A DNA stretch of 63,872 nucleotides, filler included, from Rhabdomonas costata (Eukaryota), in assembly GCA_019059605.1 (NCBI GenBank). It is 18 parts of 18 records of this genome, joined end to end, with 100 filler letters (N's around TTAATTAATTAA, not from the genome) between each part and the next. Parts side by side here need not be neighbours in the genome. Positions count along the whole stretch, not along the records: positions 10,627 to 14,068 come from JAHMHO010000841.1; positions 14,169 to 17,605 come from JAHMHO010000842.1; positions 17,706 to 21,140 come from JAHMHO010000843.1; positions 21,241 to 24,681 come from JAHMHO010000844.1; positions 24,782 to 28,226 come from JAHMHO010000845.1; 13 more parts are not named here. One strand, given 5' to 3'. The position numbers and the translations under genes are program-made. Below, piece after piece: positions 12,263-25,405 of the stretch (position 1 is its first letter; each line of letters starts with the position of its first letter). The notes beneath the pieces were generated by a model. That model was not told the DNA's origin, searched no databases, and worked only from the letters and a program-made list of their open reading frames with translations.

Positions 12263-14660
12263 CTGTCTCGCAAAAAGGGTAAACCTGCTGTAAAACCAAA
12301 CAGAACGTATATATCCTATGAAGCTGCTGTGGAACGTGAGCATGCGGCAACAAGCGGTAATAAGGGTACATTTTGCACCGTATTTTCATTTCCGAATTCT
12401 CATGGATCCCTCCCTCCCGGACTTTTTCGGACCGACCGGTTGTCACTGCGAATTTCCAGATTACCATGGAAAAGTTATAGCCGCACCAGCATTGCCGGTG
12501 CTGTTTTATTAACTCGACGTTGTTGTTTCCTTGACCAAACACCCATAGAAAGGTCACGGACAGTACACTAATTTAACTTGGTACCTTCCAATTAACATGA
12601 CTCAAAATAAAAAAATAGAATCGATTGCAACAAAAAAAGGCAGAGGATAAAGATTAACATGGAGAAATCGCGCGTCAATGTATTCCTATGAAACCTTTTC
12701 ACTTTCACCTCATTGCCGAAAAGCTTCTTGGCGGTTTATTATCACACCTCGATTGGTACAATTCAACCCCCTGCACTGAAAAAGAGGCACCACATTTCAA
12801 CCTTATCGCCAACAACCAATTCACTGGCCCTCTTAGCTGCCCGTGTCCCCGAAAATTCAGGGAATCCCTGCTGCAACGCGAGCAGAACGTACAGTGATGG
12901 TGCATATCGGAACCACTCACATCAGTTGGGCCACATCCTCGACAATTTCCAGCACCCGCTGCCCCAGAGCGTCCTCAGTGAGTTCCCAACTCACCCTCAC
13001 TCTCCAGACCGGGGCCATGATTCCCTGACCAAACTCAGTGCCCTTCCGCACACACACAGGGCTCCCAGCAACAAGAGTACTAGTGGTTCTTCCGCTCTCA
13101 AGCAGTTCAACTGTGACCGACTCCAGCTGAAGACTACTCTGAAAAATAAATCAACACAATAAGAAAGGATTCTTCCCTGCATCAAACAGAGACCACTCTG
13201 CACTTCCCTCCATCGACCAATTGGAGCAGCGAAACGAGAGCGCGGTCATGCAAATGTCAGAGGTGAATGGTTGCTGAAAGAACAATGTATCCAAAGTGCA
13301 TTAGGTGTGGTGCATGATGACTGTATGTTTGGGTGGGGGGAGAAGAGCAGAGCGACACACCTCGGCCTGGGCTATCGTGACGAATGGGAGGTACCTTGAC
13401 AGGCTGCGGTGCAGGGCGCTGAGAAGACTCTCAGGGGCGCCCTCTTCAGAGGAACAAGCATATTCCCTGAATCACCCACACATACATTTCTGCTGCAAAT
13501 GAATGCAGCACAATTTCGGTCCAACAACGTAAACCCTATGAAATTCTGTGACACCTTTCGCTACCAACAGACTGCGTCTAACCAGAAAACATCTGGGCCA
13601 CAAGAGTTAATTCAAGATTCAGAATGACGCGTGGTTCGGATTCGATGGCGCACATCCTAATTTTGACAGAAAGAGTAATAAAGGTCACCTCGCAACCCAC
13701 AACCGGCTATACAAAGCGCAAAAAGCGAAGCAATTTTCGAGAATGGGCACCGAGCTATCGGTCGACCAACAACGGGATAGATGGACAAAGCTCACCGTTC
13801 CACAGAAAGCCTGACGGTGTGCACCGGGATCCCGAGCTTGTGCGAGGCCTCCTCCGCACTCAGCACAGAGATCTTGGACCGAGCACAAAGCTGTGCACAG
13901 AAGGTTGCCGGGCGAATGAGCCCTCGCAGATAATCCCAGAATCCTACCCCTTCAACGCCAAGGCGAGAATCTTCGACATTTGCGCGTTGCGGCATGATCA
14001 ACTAAACTACCGATTCCCTCGTGTACAATGAACCAATGAATGCGGAGTGCGAAACAAGAACAAAAACANNNNNNNNNNNNNNNNNNNNNNNNNNNNNNNN
14101 NNNNNNNNNNNNTTAATTAATTAANNNNNNNNNNNNNNNNNNNNNNNNNNNNNNNNNNNNNNNNNNNNGTGGGTGGGTTCGTGCAGACTCAGGTGGGCCT
14201 CCCAGCTGGACCCTATTGTCAGTGAGCGTGACCGTGCCGCAGTCGCTCGACAGCGCCACCCCCGTTGAAACGCCCCCCTCGCTGAATGCCCTGCCCGGCC
14301 TGCTGGAGGACATGGCAGGGCCCCTCCAGGGGCTGCTTTCCTTGGGTATCTTCCACTGCCTAGGGTTTTCGCGGGAGGGTGGGGGGTGATGTTTAGTGGC
14401 AGCAATTTTTCACCTATTACACAGACACTAAAAAAAAGGGGGAGGGGGTAACGGTTGTGGTTACGGGTAACGGCAGAAAACTGACTGGGATTAGGAAACT
14501 GTTGCCAACACCCTCGAAAAAATGACTTTGTTTCAGGGTTAAAGGTTTTCGGAACAGTTCGCCAGTGCGACCTGAATGGTAAATTCTGGTTAGCACGTCA
14601 ATTGGGCCCAGCAGTGACTTTTTATCAGCACCTCTTGAACTGTTTGTTGTCTTTTTGCAG

Positions 14661-15960
14661 TGACGGACTGTACGGGGCACTACGACTACAGCAATAGCCT
14701 GTGCAGCGTCTCGTGCGGAGGTGGAGTGCAGGTCGGCACCTTTGTCGTGGACACCCCCGCCAATGGCCAGAGCTGCACCCTGGAGGGAACCACGAAGACC
14801 CGCTCCTGCAATCTCAAAAGCTGCCGTATGTGTGCCTGCCTCGTTTTTGTTGGTGCGGAGGGCATCTAATGGTGTTTGAGGTCAAACTGTATCTTCATGT
14901 GCGTGTATTCCCCAAACAGTTTGTGGGGATCCACCTCCAGTACTCATTGTTGCAGCAAGGGGTGGATGGGTGTGTTTGGGGGTGTCCCGAGTGGGTGTCT
15001 CCTTCAGAGCATTTTCTAGGCGTTGTCTCGGAGCTCATGAGCTCAATGTTGCGGTGAACCTCTTGTGGGGGACACTTGTGATTCTCGTGAGCCGTATTGG
15101 AACCCTCTCTCTTTCCTTCTGCTCAGCGCCAAGCTGCCAGGCCACCTTTCCCTCCACGGGGTACGCCACGGGCTGCACCGCTGGGCCCTCGTGCAAGAAC
15201 GTGAGGTGCGCGGCGGGGTACGGCGCTGAGCCCGGGTCCTCCCCGAAGGCCACGTGCAAGAAAGACCATGCCCACTTCACGTACAGCGGATGCGGTTGGA
15301 GGCGCCCCCCCCCCCGTCACGGCTGCTTCGGGTCGAGTAGTATTTGTGTCCAATCCGCGCTATAGGGGGTCCATGGTGCTTAACAGGGGTGTGTGCGCAC
15401 CACCCCTTTCGCGGCGGGAGCGGGTGAGTCATTGGACATAAGCACACCTCTAACAACGAACTGGGAACACTGCCAGGTGGCCTGTTGTCAATCGAAAATT
15501 ACAAAAACATACAGGAACAGAAGCAGGAATCATTAAAACGGAACTGAAAGACGCAGGAAACCCGATGTGAGTTCATGAACTAAATGTCGATGCTGATGTA
15601 CCCTACGATATAAACCCTGAAGCATTTGATGACCGTGAAAGGGAAAGAAATCAAACTATGCCCCCCCCCTCATCTCACTCCTTTCACCTCGCCCAGCGGT
15701 TGGCTTTCGCTGAGATTGTTGTCGGGTATGAGTGTGAGTGAGGGTGTTACTCACTCACCTCTGAAGTCCCACACACACTCTCTCGTTCGCTCTCTCGCCA
15801 GTTCCGTATTGTAAGAAGTCCTCGCCTCCGAAGGGCTTCACCGGCACCTGCCAGGCCGGCCCAACCTGCTCAGGGGTGAAGTGCGCCAAGGGGTACAAGT
15901 CGTCCGGCCCCAAGGCGGAGTGCAAGAAGCCCGGAGGGGCCTTTACCTACACCGGATGCG
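14661..15960 (+). CDS. Secreted modular protein: TSP1 exon plus two 6-Cys module exons (14661-14825, 15127-15294, 15802-15960), partial
   Basis: Exon 1 CSVSCGGGVQ...GQSC...KTRSCNLKSC is a TSP1 domain. Exons 2 and 3 are paralogous C-x7-G(Y/F)..C.AGP(S/T)C..V.CA.GY...PKA.CKK....FTY(S/T)GC. All junctions are phase-1 GT-AG. Confidence 0.8.
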
Positions 15961-17322
15961 GTGCGATGCGTTTTGTTTTTTGTCTTCCCTTCTTCTTCTT
16001 CTCGTGTCTGTTGTGAGTTTTTCTCTGTGGGTCGCTTCCTGGGGTCTCACCGAAAAATGGGAGAGGGGGTAGGACCGCTTCTTTCGACCCGAACCGTCAT
16101 TCTATTCGCTGGGCGACATCCCCCCATGCTCACTACAGGACAGGACAGGACCGCACCAGATAGCATTAACCTCAGAGCTCGAGTTGGAGTGGTGGGTTGG
16201 TGCTGGTTAGTGTGGAGTTTTGGTGGGATGATAGTGCTTGATCGGCGGCTTCGGATCCACGTAGATACTACCCGCACAAGGTCTACCAATACGCTTCAGT
16301 ATTGAATGGAGGACTCGCTTGTGGAAGCCTTTTATCACACGGATTTATCACGGATCACGATTTTAGTATTAGAGTTGAAAGCCAGCGCCGCGTGGAATTC
16401 GACCCACCCATCTTTCCTTTTTTTTGTATGTGAATTGTCCCTGCTCGTATCTTCAGGCAAGTGAGCGAAGCTGCTCCGTCCACCGCAATACCGCTGCTGC
16501 AAGACTGCAGCTACATAACTCACCCCCCCCCCCCCGCCATCTCTACGGGCTGGATACCGAGCGATATGCGGCAACCCACCCTCACAGGGGAACAGCAGCA
16601 CCCGGCTGCCCAGGGCACAAGATACGACCATGGTGCTGCTCCTGTTTTAGTGCATTTTCAGCGCCCACCTCATGCGTATGCTGGGGTCTTCCCCCTAGGC
16701 CCTCCCTCCTAGTATCGGAGTGAGTTAACTGTCTCATAGTTTCGTGTGGTTTCTGTCAAAGAGAGGGGTCAGGATAGGAGTAAAAAAGGACTGAAGCCGA
16801 CACCTTTATTGGGCTGTAACCTTAGTGAGTCAATTGGTAAATTGATGATCTGCAACAGTACCTGCTAGTACGTCACTAAAACCGTCATAACAAACTTGCA
16901 AAAGCCGAATTTAGGTTCTGGAATGCATTTTTCTCGGTCGCTATCACAGTCTTGAAAGCCCCTATAAGATGACAATAGTAGTGTGTACCTTTGTTAATTT
17001 TTGGCACTAACGGATGACCACGCAGTAACACCCACGCAGTACCACGCAGCCAAGCAGGCGGCGTGGAGCTCCAGTTTAAATGCGCCAGTCCAGGCCGGGA
17101 ACGCTGTCCCGTGTGGGTGGCAATGACAAAGTGGTCTCCTACCCAACCTCTCAGTTCCCACATTCTTTTTGTTGGTGCTGTGCATGTGTGTGTCGCAAGT
17201 GTCCACTGCTCAGGGTTCTCCTGAGGTGTAGTAAAAAGCCAACCGGTGCTCGTTCCCTTGGCGTTTTCACCGCCGATGCATTTTTGCCCTTCCTTTTTTT
17301 GCCTCGCCCCCCCTCCCCTCTA

Positions 17323-17455
17323 TGTATCTCAAACATCACACCGGACTCCTCCACAATGCCCCCCGCTTTGCGCTGTCTCCCAGTTTGCCCTTTCGTGTAT
17401 CTCAAAACCTCACACCGGGCTCCTCCACAATGCCCCCCGCTTTGCGCTGTCTCCT
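17323..17455 (+). repeat. Tandem duplication, about 73-bp period, two copies
   Basis: TGTATCTCAAA...CACACCGG(A/G)CTCCTCCACAATGCCCCCCGCTTTGCGCTGTCTCC occurs twice. Confidence 0.85.
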
Positions 17456-18243
17456 GCTTTGCCCCGTCGCGCTGCCATTCTCTCGGCTAGCTCCCAAATC
17501 GAAATCGGTTCATATGCATTGCTGCTTTTTCTTCCCAGCTTTGCACTCATTGCCTGAAGAAGAAATGAAGTTGGCATCCCACTCACCCGCCCACCATATC
17601 TTCCTNNNNNNNNNNNNNNNNNNNNNNNNNNNNNNNNNNNNNNNNNNNNTTAATTAATTAANNNNNNNNNNNNNNNNNNNNNNNNNNNNNNNNNNNNNNN
17701 NNNNNGTGGTGGGTGTGGTTGGGGGTGGGGGTCTGAAGCTGTCTTTCTAAAAAGGCCATTTTTGGCTAGAAGTTTCCTCTCTCTCTCTCTCTTTCTACAC
17801 GCTTCATTCCATTCTTTTATTCAACTTTCCGTTGCATGGTGTACCAAACGTTGTACCTGCGTTCACACTACTCGGTTTCTTGGTGTCCTCCCGAGTGCTT
17901 GTATAAGTCCGAATGGGCTGGTTTTCAAACTGGCGGTGTGTGTGTGTGTGCAGGGGGGAGGTGCAATATTGATGTCCGACCCGTGGGATTCCCTTGTTTG
18001 AATCCCTGTGGGAGTAATTTGTGGTTTTAGGGTGACACAAGCTGCCCTAGGCACGCCAACCGCTTGCATTTATACATAATACAATACAATATAGAAGTGA
18101 CCAAGGCTCTACAGGTGGCATAGGGCTTTGGAGGTGAGCGCACAGAAGACAGGGGTCACCAACAGCCAGCCCGACAAGAGTCAGCGCACAATGGGCCGAT
18201 AACACTTCCGACTATCATGGAGGCCTGTTTCGCACATGCAAAG

Positions 18244-20273
18244 GTGTTCGACCCTTACTGCGGGCCAGCCCACGCAGCAGCCAGACCTTCGCCTCGAGTA
18301 CCTCCCTGCTGGGATCCCGCCCCTCATCTCTGGGCTCTGCCACCGTTATGATGCACGATCTCTCCGTGGTGTTCATGGTCTTAGACGCTCCCCCTCCCTC
18401 GTGTTGCTCTCTTCCTCCGTTACCTTCGTTGACCCTGTCCCTGTGTTGTTTGTGGGTAGTTTCGGACCCGACCTGTGCGGCCGTGTGGTGCCTCCGTAAT
18501 TTGATGCGAAATACCGAGGAAAAACTGTTGTGCAGGTCACCGCGGTTGTGACTATCGCTTGATGTGTTTTGTTGGCGTGTGCCATACTGGAACTTGGAGA
18601 ATATAGGATAGAAAATGGATTCAACTTTATGAAGCGGGTTACATCGTCAAGCAAGAGCTTACGGTATGATAGTAAAAACAGAATATTCAACGACGCAAAA
18701 AAGCGTTTGAATTAAAAAACTGAGAAAAAACTTCATGCCGGAATTCGCTGCTCACGGTGCTCCTTCTTTTGGGAAGTTACTCGCCTTAGAGGAACAATTT
18801 CCTTACAGGAACAATTTTTATCCTTCAGTGGGACATTATTTTCGTTTGTACTCGCGTTAGCTTTTTTGTTTTTAAAGAAATCCTCATTGAGTATGCCCTC
18901 ACAAACGGGGGCCACAGCCGGGGATTTAGATCTACGCGGTTAGCAATGACCGGAACCGTGACAACCAACCTTAGGCCGGTCCTCGGCCCATGGGTATAGG
19001 GTTGGAGAGATGGAAGGTTCGTCACCTGTGAGGAGGATGAATAGAGGGCGATACCGCCACATAGAAAGGTACCTTGTCGTTGTTTTGGTAAATCGGTAGT
19101 GGTTTTTAACGTGATAACATGACCCTTCCCTTCTCTGTCTTTTCGCTGCGGCTCTCTAAGGTTCCTCCAGTGGGGCGGTGGCTTGGTCCGGGTGCCTCGC
19201 TGCACCTGCAGCTCCGCTCAGGCAGCTTCAGCACCTCCACGGGGAAGGCCGCTGTGCTTCGCGCCGCAGACTTTGGGTTCGCGGCGTGGCGCACTGGGTG
19301 GGCCATCCCGGTATGTTCCGGCGCGCAAGGCGCTCCCCAGGGGGAGGAGGACCAGACTGGCGTGAAGGTGGAGCTCGTGGCGGAGCGCTTCGGGGCCCGC
19401 CGCCGCGTTCTGTCATACATGGTTTGCTCTTCATGTGTGTTTGCGAGGATGCTAATTCTCCTCTCCTGTAGGGCCCGGGGTATGCACCGTTGGGGGGGGG
19501 TCTTCTGTTAATTTTTGGCTTTGAACAGGTACCACTGGTGCCGTGCCGTGTACCCCCCCCCCCGCACAACTTTGCTGGAACCTCCTTCGTTGTGGCTTCC
19601 CCGTGGAAGTCTTGCAAGGGTTAGTTGGGCGGTGCGAAACTTACCTAAGTCTCAAATAAAAACTCTCCAGGGGTGAAGGCTGTGCAGCAATGTGCCTAGG
19701 GTCACTGGTTGACGGTTGTTGACGTCTACCTGCGTTAGGCGTCTAGTAAGCCCCCCCCCCAACTTTTTATGACCCTGGTGCACTACAGGAGTCTTTTTTC
19801 TTGGATGCCGGATTTACGCTTCCGCTCCGTGACTGGGAAATGGAAACCGTTGGCGGCTTTTTTTTTTGCTTGTTCCAATTTTTTTTCTGTGGACGCACCT
19901 TTGGTTGGCGTTTGTAGAGAAAAGGCTCGCGTTTGGATTTCTGGAAGCAGAACGCGAGCAATTCCATCTTTTTTTTTTGTTTCCGCAGACCATCGCCCTC
20001 TCCGATCTTCCTGTGAACTCCGCCGCGCAGCACCGAGTGGACTTCGGTTTTGGCCTACTGACGGCAACCCTGAAGCTCAGCCTCCCCACATGCCCTCTTC
20101 GCCCTCCACGGCCCCTTAGCTGCACGGCGGCCGCCTCAAATATGGCCTCTTCGCGGCTCTCCAGCTGCCAGCATCCCAGCCCTCGGGGTACGTCGCTGCC
20201 GCCCAGGTTCCCCGTGCACCAGGATCGGCCTCAGTCTAGAAGGCAGTGCTGGCTGGAGATGGTGCCCACTCTG
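18244..20273 (+). CDS. Multi-exon protein with a possible C2-like beta-sandwich (exons 18244-18377, 19161-19421, 19989-20273), partial
   Basis: Phase-compatible GT-AG junctions join ...HDLSVVFM|VPPVG...LHLQLRSG...VKVELVAERFGARRRVLSYM|TIALSDLP...GLLTATLKL. The C2 resemblance rests on pattern only. Confidence 0.45.
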
Positions 20274-21267
20274 GTAACCTCTGCAAGCCCCTAAACCAAA
20301 GCCTCATGCTTTTTGTGAAGGAGCTTCTTACCAGGGTTTGCCTTTGCTTGTTCGGTGTGTACGGTACATTTCTCGTTTTTCCCTGCCCGGCCCCCTTCGT
20401 CCCCCTGCTGCCGTTTGAAAAGGCAAGATTGGTCTGGGTTTAGAATTGTGTACGACCTCGGTGCTTGTCCGTCTGTGTTGTGCGAGTGTACCGATGCTGG
20501 TGCGCTCATACCGATCGTGGGTTTTGACGCCCTCTTTTATCCCTCGAGGCATTTCTTTTTTTCGGAGGGGGCAGTAATACCGTCACGTCCGCCCCTAATC
20601 CCCTTTGGACTCCTGTGCTCTTGGGTTTTGAAAGGTTAGCCTGTCGCCCCAAGTGCCTCTGGGTCGGTTAAGCTTTTCCATTGCCCCTTTTGCATCTCTC
20701 TGCGAATGCCAGCCTGCCGTGCAGTATTGCCTCGCATTCACACGAACACGCACTGTCTCTCGTCGGTTGGTGACACCAGCTAGACTTCCTGGGCATCTTT
20801 TCCTTTGCTTGGGGTCCAGGTCGATCGTCAGGATACCTGCTTACCAGCAAAAGCCGAATGGATTCTCCTCTTTTCTTCTCCTCCATACATTTCCTCCTTC
20901 GCCTCTCGTTCCTCGCCGCTCGTTTTTCATTTTTGTGCGTTGTAGTGGGTGTTTGTAGTGGGTCCCGCCGAGCGACCCACCTGACTAGCATCAACCACAT
21001 TACATTCTGGCGGTCTTCGACGTTTCTGGTGACGTTCCTGTTTAGACGTGTGGGTTCTCGTGCCCTGAGTCTGCGTGCCGGTATATCCATCGCTTCGCTG
21101 GAGGTATTGATTCCTAGCTCAGGGCACGAGAACCCAAACCNNNNNNNNNNNNNNNNNNNNNNNNNNNNNNNNNNNNNNNNNNNNTTAATTAATTAANNNN
21201 NNNNNNNNNNNNNNNNNNNNNNNNNNNNNNNNNNNNNNNNAGATGCCCCCCCCCCCAAGAATGTCAC

Positions 21268-24200
21268 CAGGGTGTTCACTCCATCGATTAAGTCGAACCC
21301 GCCATGAACGTTACTTTTCAACCACCTGCGGTCAAAATCAAAAAAAAAAGCAACGCGCGTCTGGAAACAAAGCGGATGCTCTATTTAATAATCAGTGGCA
21401 GAAAAGAGCTCTTCAAACCGAATGTGAAGCAGGGTTGTGGGGCATTCAGTCTCGACTTCGGACGTGATCTCGGTGACCTGGTAAATGTTGCAGACACCTG
21501 CGGGGAAGCACCAGGCAGTGGATTGTGTGGGTGGAAGGACACACAAGCTTCCAGTGATTTCCCCCACGGTGCCGCACCTTGATTGTGCTTGGACACGGTC
21601 TTGAGATTTTCTGAAACTTTCTCCTCACCATCAACAATGTACCTGAATCCCACAGAGCAGCACACAGTACCACAAAAATAGCAGCAAGCAAAGGGCAAAA
21701 AGCCCCCAGTGCGCTGTGTGGCGAAAAAAGAGGGAAAGTGGTGCGAGGTGCAGGGCTGAGTCGAAGCAGGTCTGGGGTCTTTGCAAAAAACAGCAGCCTC
21801 CCGAAACGCTCCGGGGGGCCGGTCCATGGTCCATAGGGTCAGAAATTTCTAAACTTCATCCTCAGCCAGTTGTGTGCCCCCAGGCGGCTTTTGCGCCGCT
21901 TCTTGTCGTGTATCCGATGTCGGGCACCCCCACCACACGCATATATATACAAAGTGGTAATCCCGTCCCCATAAAAACCTGTACTCGTACTCGCCGGGAG
22001 GCAGGTACAGTGTAATCTGGAAGAAAACCGCTTCTCCCTCAGTGCACCGCTCCATCTCCAAAGGTTCTTTCCACTGAACACAACCAAATGGAAAAAAACC
22101 ATTGCCCGCCGCGCCAGTATACAAGAATCAAAAACGAGAACTCTGGTGAAAATCAAGAGTGGTTGAGCTGCTTAGAATCATCTGGAAGGATCCCTAAAGC
22201 AACGAGTGAAACAATTGCTGAGGAATTTTGGGATGCTGCACCTCTGCATACCTTGTTCATGCTTCCCACCACAAGCACTTGCCGTGCCTCACCCTGAACC
22301 GTGAGCTCCACCGGAAAGATCTGGTTCGAGTGAAATTCTGATAGACCCGCCAAAAAAAAGTCAACAGTCAAACCTCCAGTCTCCCTGCCATTTTATAAGA
22401 CGTCAAAGATGTCGGAAGAGCATACTGTTTTGGCGGCGCTCCTGAAGTGGGCGTCTGTCTTGCAGGCACACTTCCAGAGTAATGGGATCACCCTCCACTC
22501 GGCTTCCTGCAAAAAAAATGGAACCACAAAAGTTCCAGCCCCCCGTCTCACAAAATCGTTCCAAAGCAAAGGGTTTTAAAATGAAAACAGCACCGCGCGC
22601 GCACTTCTGCTTGTCAATGTACATTTTCCCTTCCCACCGCAAAACGAAGAAGCACTCCAAGTTTTCCATTTCGGCAGTGAACGATAATGCAAATCCTAAC
22701 ATGGTGACTGTCCCGAAGGAGCGGGAAAATGACGTTGCAACAACCCTTCACCCAGTGTTGCAGGAGCAAGATTTCAAGAACTCAAAATCCTCTTCCCTCA
22801 ATAGCAGCGGCGCGAAACCAGGGTGCAAAGTTGCACCCAGTCAGAGTACAATGGTGGTTCGGGGCGAGGAAGAGGGAGGTGGGGAAAAAGGAAACCAACG
22901 GTTCGCTCAAGCATGATGACGGGCAGCAGAAAAATGCACATGGCTGAAACGGCGATTGCCAGCGGGAGAAACGGGGGCGTTTCCTTTTCAAGGAGAGGTG
23001 CGCGCGAGGAGATAAAAGCAGCAAACCTGTCATTGCGATGTGATGAAGCATCAGGGAATGGTTCCGTGTGGTCTCCTTTTGCTTTTCGAGCAAAAAAGCC
23101 TCCGCGCGATCTGATACATTTGTCAAGGAATATGGCAATGACACCCGTCCACACACAACAAACAAATATAGTCACCAATGGCATGAAAACGAACCTTGGA
23201 CGTTCTTTCCGGCTTCTGCGACCAGGCCTTCGGTGATGCAAAATGCAACCTTGCCACGCAGTTGCTTAGCATCCTCGCGCTCGCCGGGGGTAACCTCTGT
23301 GTAACGGACAGCGCACTATTTGCTTACAAACGCTTGGCATTTACTGGGAAAGGAACATTACACACTATCAAGCAAAACTTCAGCACATTCACTCCTCCTC
23401 CTCATTTGTCCAATTTCAAAAACATAATTGCGAAGGAAAAAAGACCGAGAATGCACCTTGTCCGTCTAGTCTGTGCAAATTCGGAGAACTTACCGCGACC
23501 GCAAGTTTGCGATAATCTTCGGCATCACAAAGAGGATTGCCGTGGACGTTCAGAATCTGAAAAACAAAAACGTGGAATACCAACCACATTGAATTCACAA
23601 GCTGGTAAGCTGGTGCAGGAGCAGTGAGGGCAAGTGGCGATACGTAAAGAGACGGCAAGAATGGGAAAAACTTGAAGTCCGGGATGAGGTTGTTGTTCAC
23701 GCTGAGCACCCGCAAGCTCGGAAGCATTCCCAGCCCCTCAAAAGACGCAATCCGATTGCAGCTCACGCACAGGGTCTGTAAAGTTGCGAGCGATCAGAAG
23801 GCTGCAAATGTGCGATGAAATGACTTCTGATCAAAACCAATGCCCTGCCCCCCCGCCCAATACCGATGACCAAATTTGTATTATTCTCCTTCAACAACGG
23901 CCGGGTTACGTCAACCGTTAACACTGAGTGAATTCTAGTGATCGTCACGACCAGCAAAGGCTGATATTGAAGCGGGTTTCTGATGCATGTCACTCAATGA
24001 TGGGAAACGCCTTGACACGGGGGTTCAGGGGATCGTGCACAAATGGGTTTTTTGGGGAAGTTTGGGTTTGAAGTTTGAGTTGGGTTGGGTTGGAATTTTT
24101 GGCTTCTTCTTGTTCTCAGCTTCAATTAGATCCAAGTGCGACAAAAAATAGACAAGGAAGAACACCTCCAATTCATTAAGATCGTGGAAACCCTGAAAGC

Positions 24201-24596
24201 TATCGATGGAATTCCCCGTCAGGTAAAGATGCTGGGAAAAATCAACAGCGCACATTGACGCAGAGCAGAACAACAGAACTTCATAAAATCTTCATAAAAA
24301 TCGGCTAATTGAACTTACCCTGATCCTGGGGATCATAGGAAGAAACTGCACCGATCCGACAAGGAAATTCTGACTCAGATCAAGCACCTGTCATAACAAA
24401 AGAAAGCACAAACGGGACTTATGCCACGTTCCCGAAGGCAAATCTGCCTCAATTAGATCAAGTTTCGAATCCAAGCCCGATTAATGGGGTCAGGATAGGA
24501 AAAATGAATGCAAACATAGTGGCAACAAACCCGCAAGCTTTCTAGGTTCGCAGCAGGATCAAACAGCTGGAAGTCATTCTCACGAAGATAGACAAA
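21268..24596 (-). CDS. AIR9: AIR9-like LRR microtubule-associated protein with a CBM48 (AMPK-beta-type) insertion, 13 exons, partial
   Basis: Exons 24596-24531, 24387-24319, 24231-24166, 23775-23644, 23556-23457, 23296-23195, 23110-23027, 22506-22426, 22337-22252, 22073-21979, 21642-21578, 21497-21419 and 21325-21268 are all GT-AG and in phase. The LRRs FVYLREN, VLDLSQN, HLYLTGN, FPFLPSL, GNPL and AFCITEG follow the AIR9 LRR pattern. They are followed by GSRVEGDPITL, a CBM48 (VLVVGSMNKW...LPPGEYEYRYIVDG) and HIRWLKS...FDLIDG (A9 domain). Confidence 0.82.
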
Positions 24597-25405
24597 CTGA
24601 GAAGTTGAGCAAGGCAAGATGGCAAATGACCTCCTATTTATACGAAACAATTAAACACAAAACACCAACCACACCCAACACNNNNNNNNNNNNNNNNNNN
24701 NNNNNNNNNNNNNNNNNNNNNNNNNTTAATTAATTAANNNNNNNNNNNNNNNNNNNNNNNNNNNNNNNNNNNNNNNNNNNNTTTTTTGTGTATTTTATGC
24801 ATTATCGCCTTTGTTTCTTTTGTGCTTTGGTTACCCTGCCATCTCTCTCGCGTTCCTTCCTGTAAATTGGTTTTTTTTGTGTTGCACTCTTCCCGAACTC
24901 ATGTGCCTGTGCCGCAGTGCCGTGAATTTAGATTTGATTCCCCAGATGAACCGGAAAGGACGTACCATTTCACCTTTTCCTGCGAATTACTTTTCTTGCC
25001 CTTTAATGAACCAAGCATCGTGTAATCCACCATCACCATTTCACAGTCGACACATACTACTAGGAGCAAAATCAGCATCTGCATTAAGGTCATGTGCGAG
25101 AAGAGAAAGTCATGCTAATATCCACTGACAGAAGCATTCACTGTTCTTTCGCGACGGTACGTTTCGCCGTGACAGCAGGCATCCGTTTGGGTGGTAGCTT
25201 GCAGGTGGAAGTGATGCACCCGAGACCACGCCGCTGCGACCGCGCTCCAAGCAGAAGCAGAGAACATCAGGATTCCCCCCTTCGTGCTGGAAACCGCAAC
25301 AACATCTGTGGGCATCAAGCCCCCGTTCGATTCCGCAATGCCCCCGGCAAGCACTATGACCTTGGGCGTCACCACAACCTATCGATCGGGCCGCCCCTCC
25401 AACCC

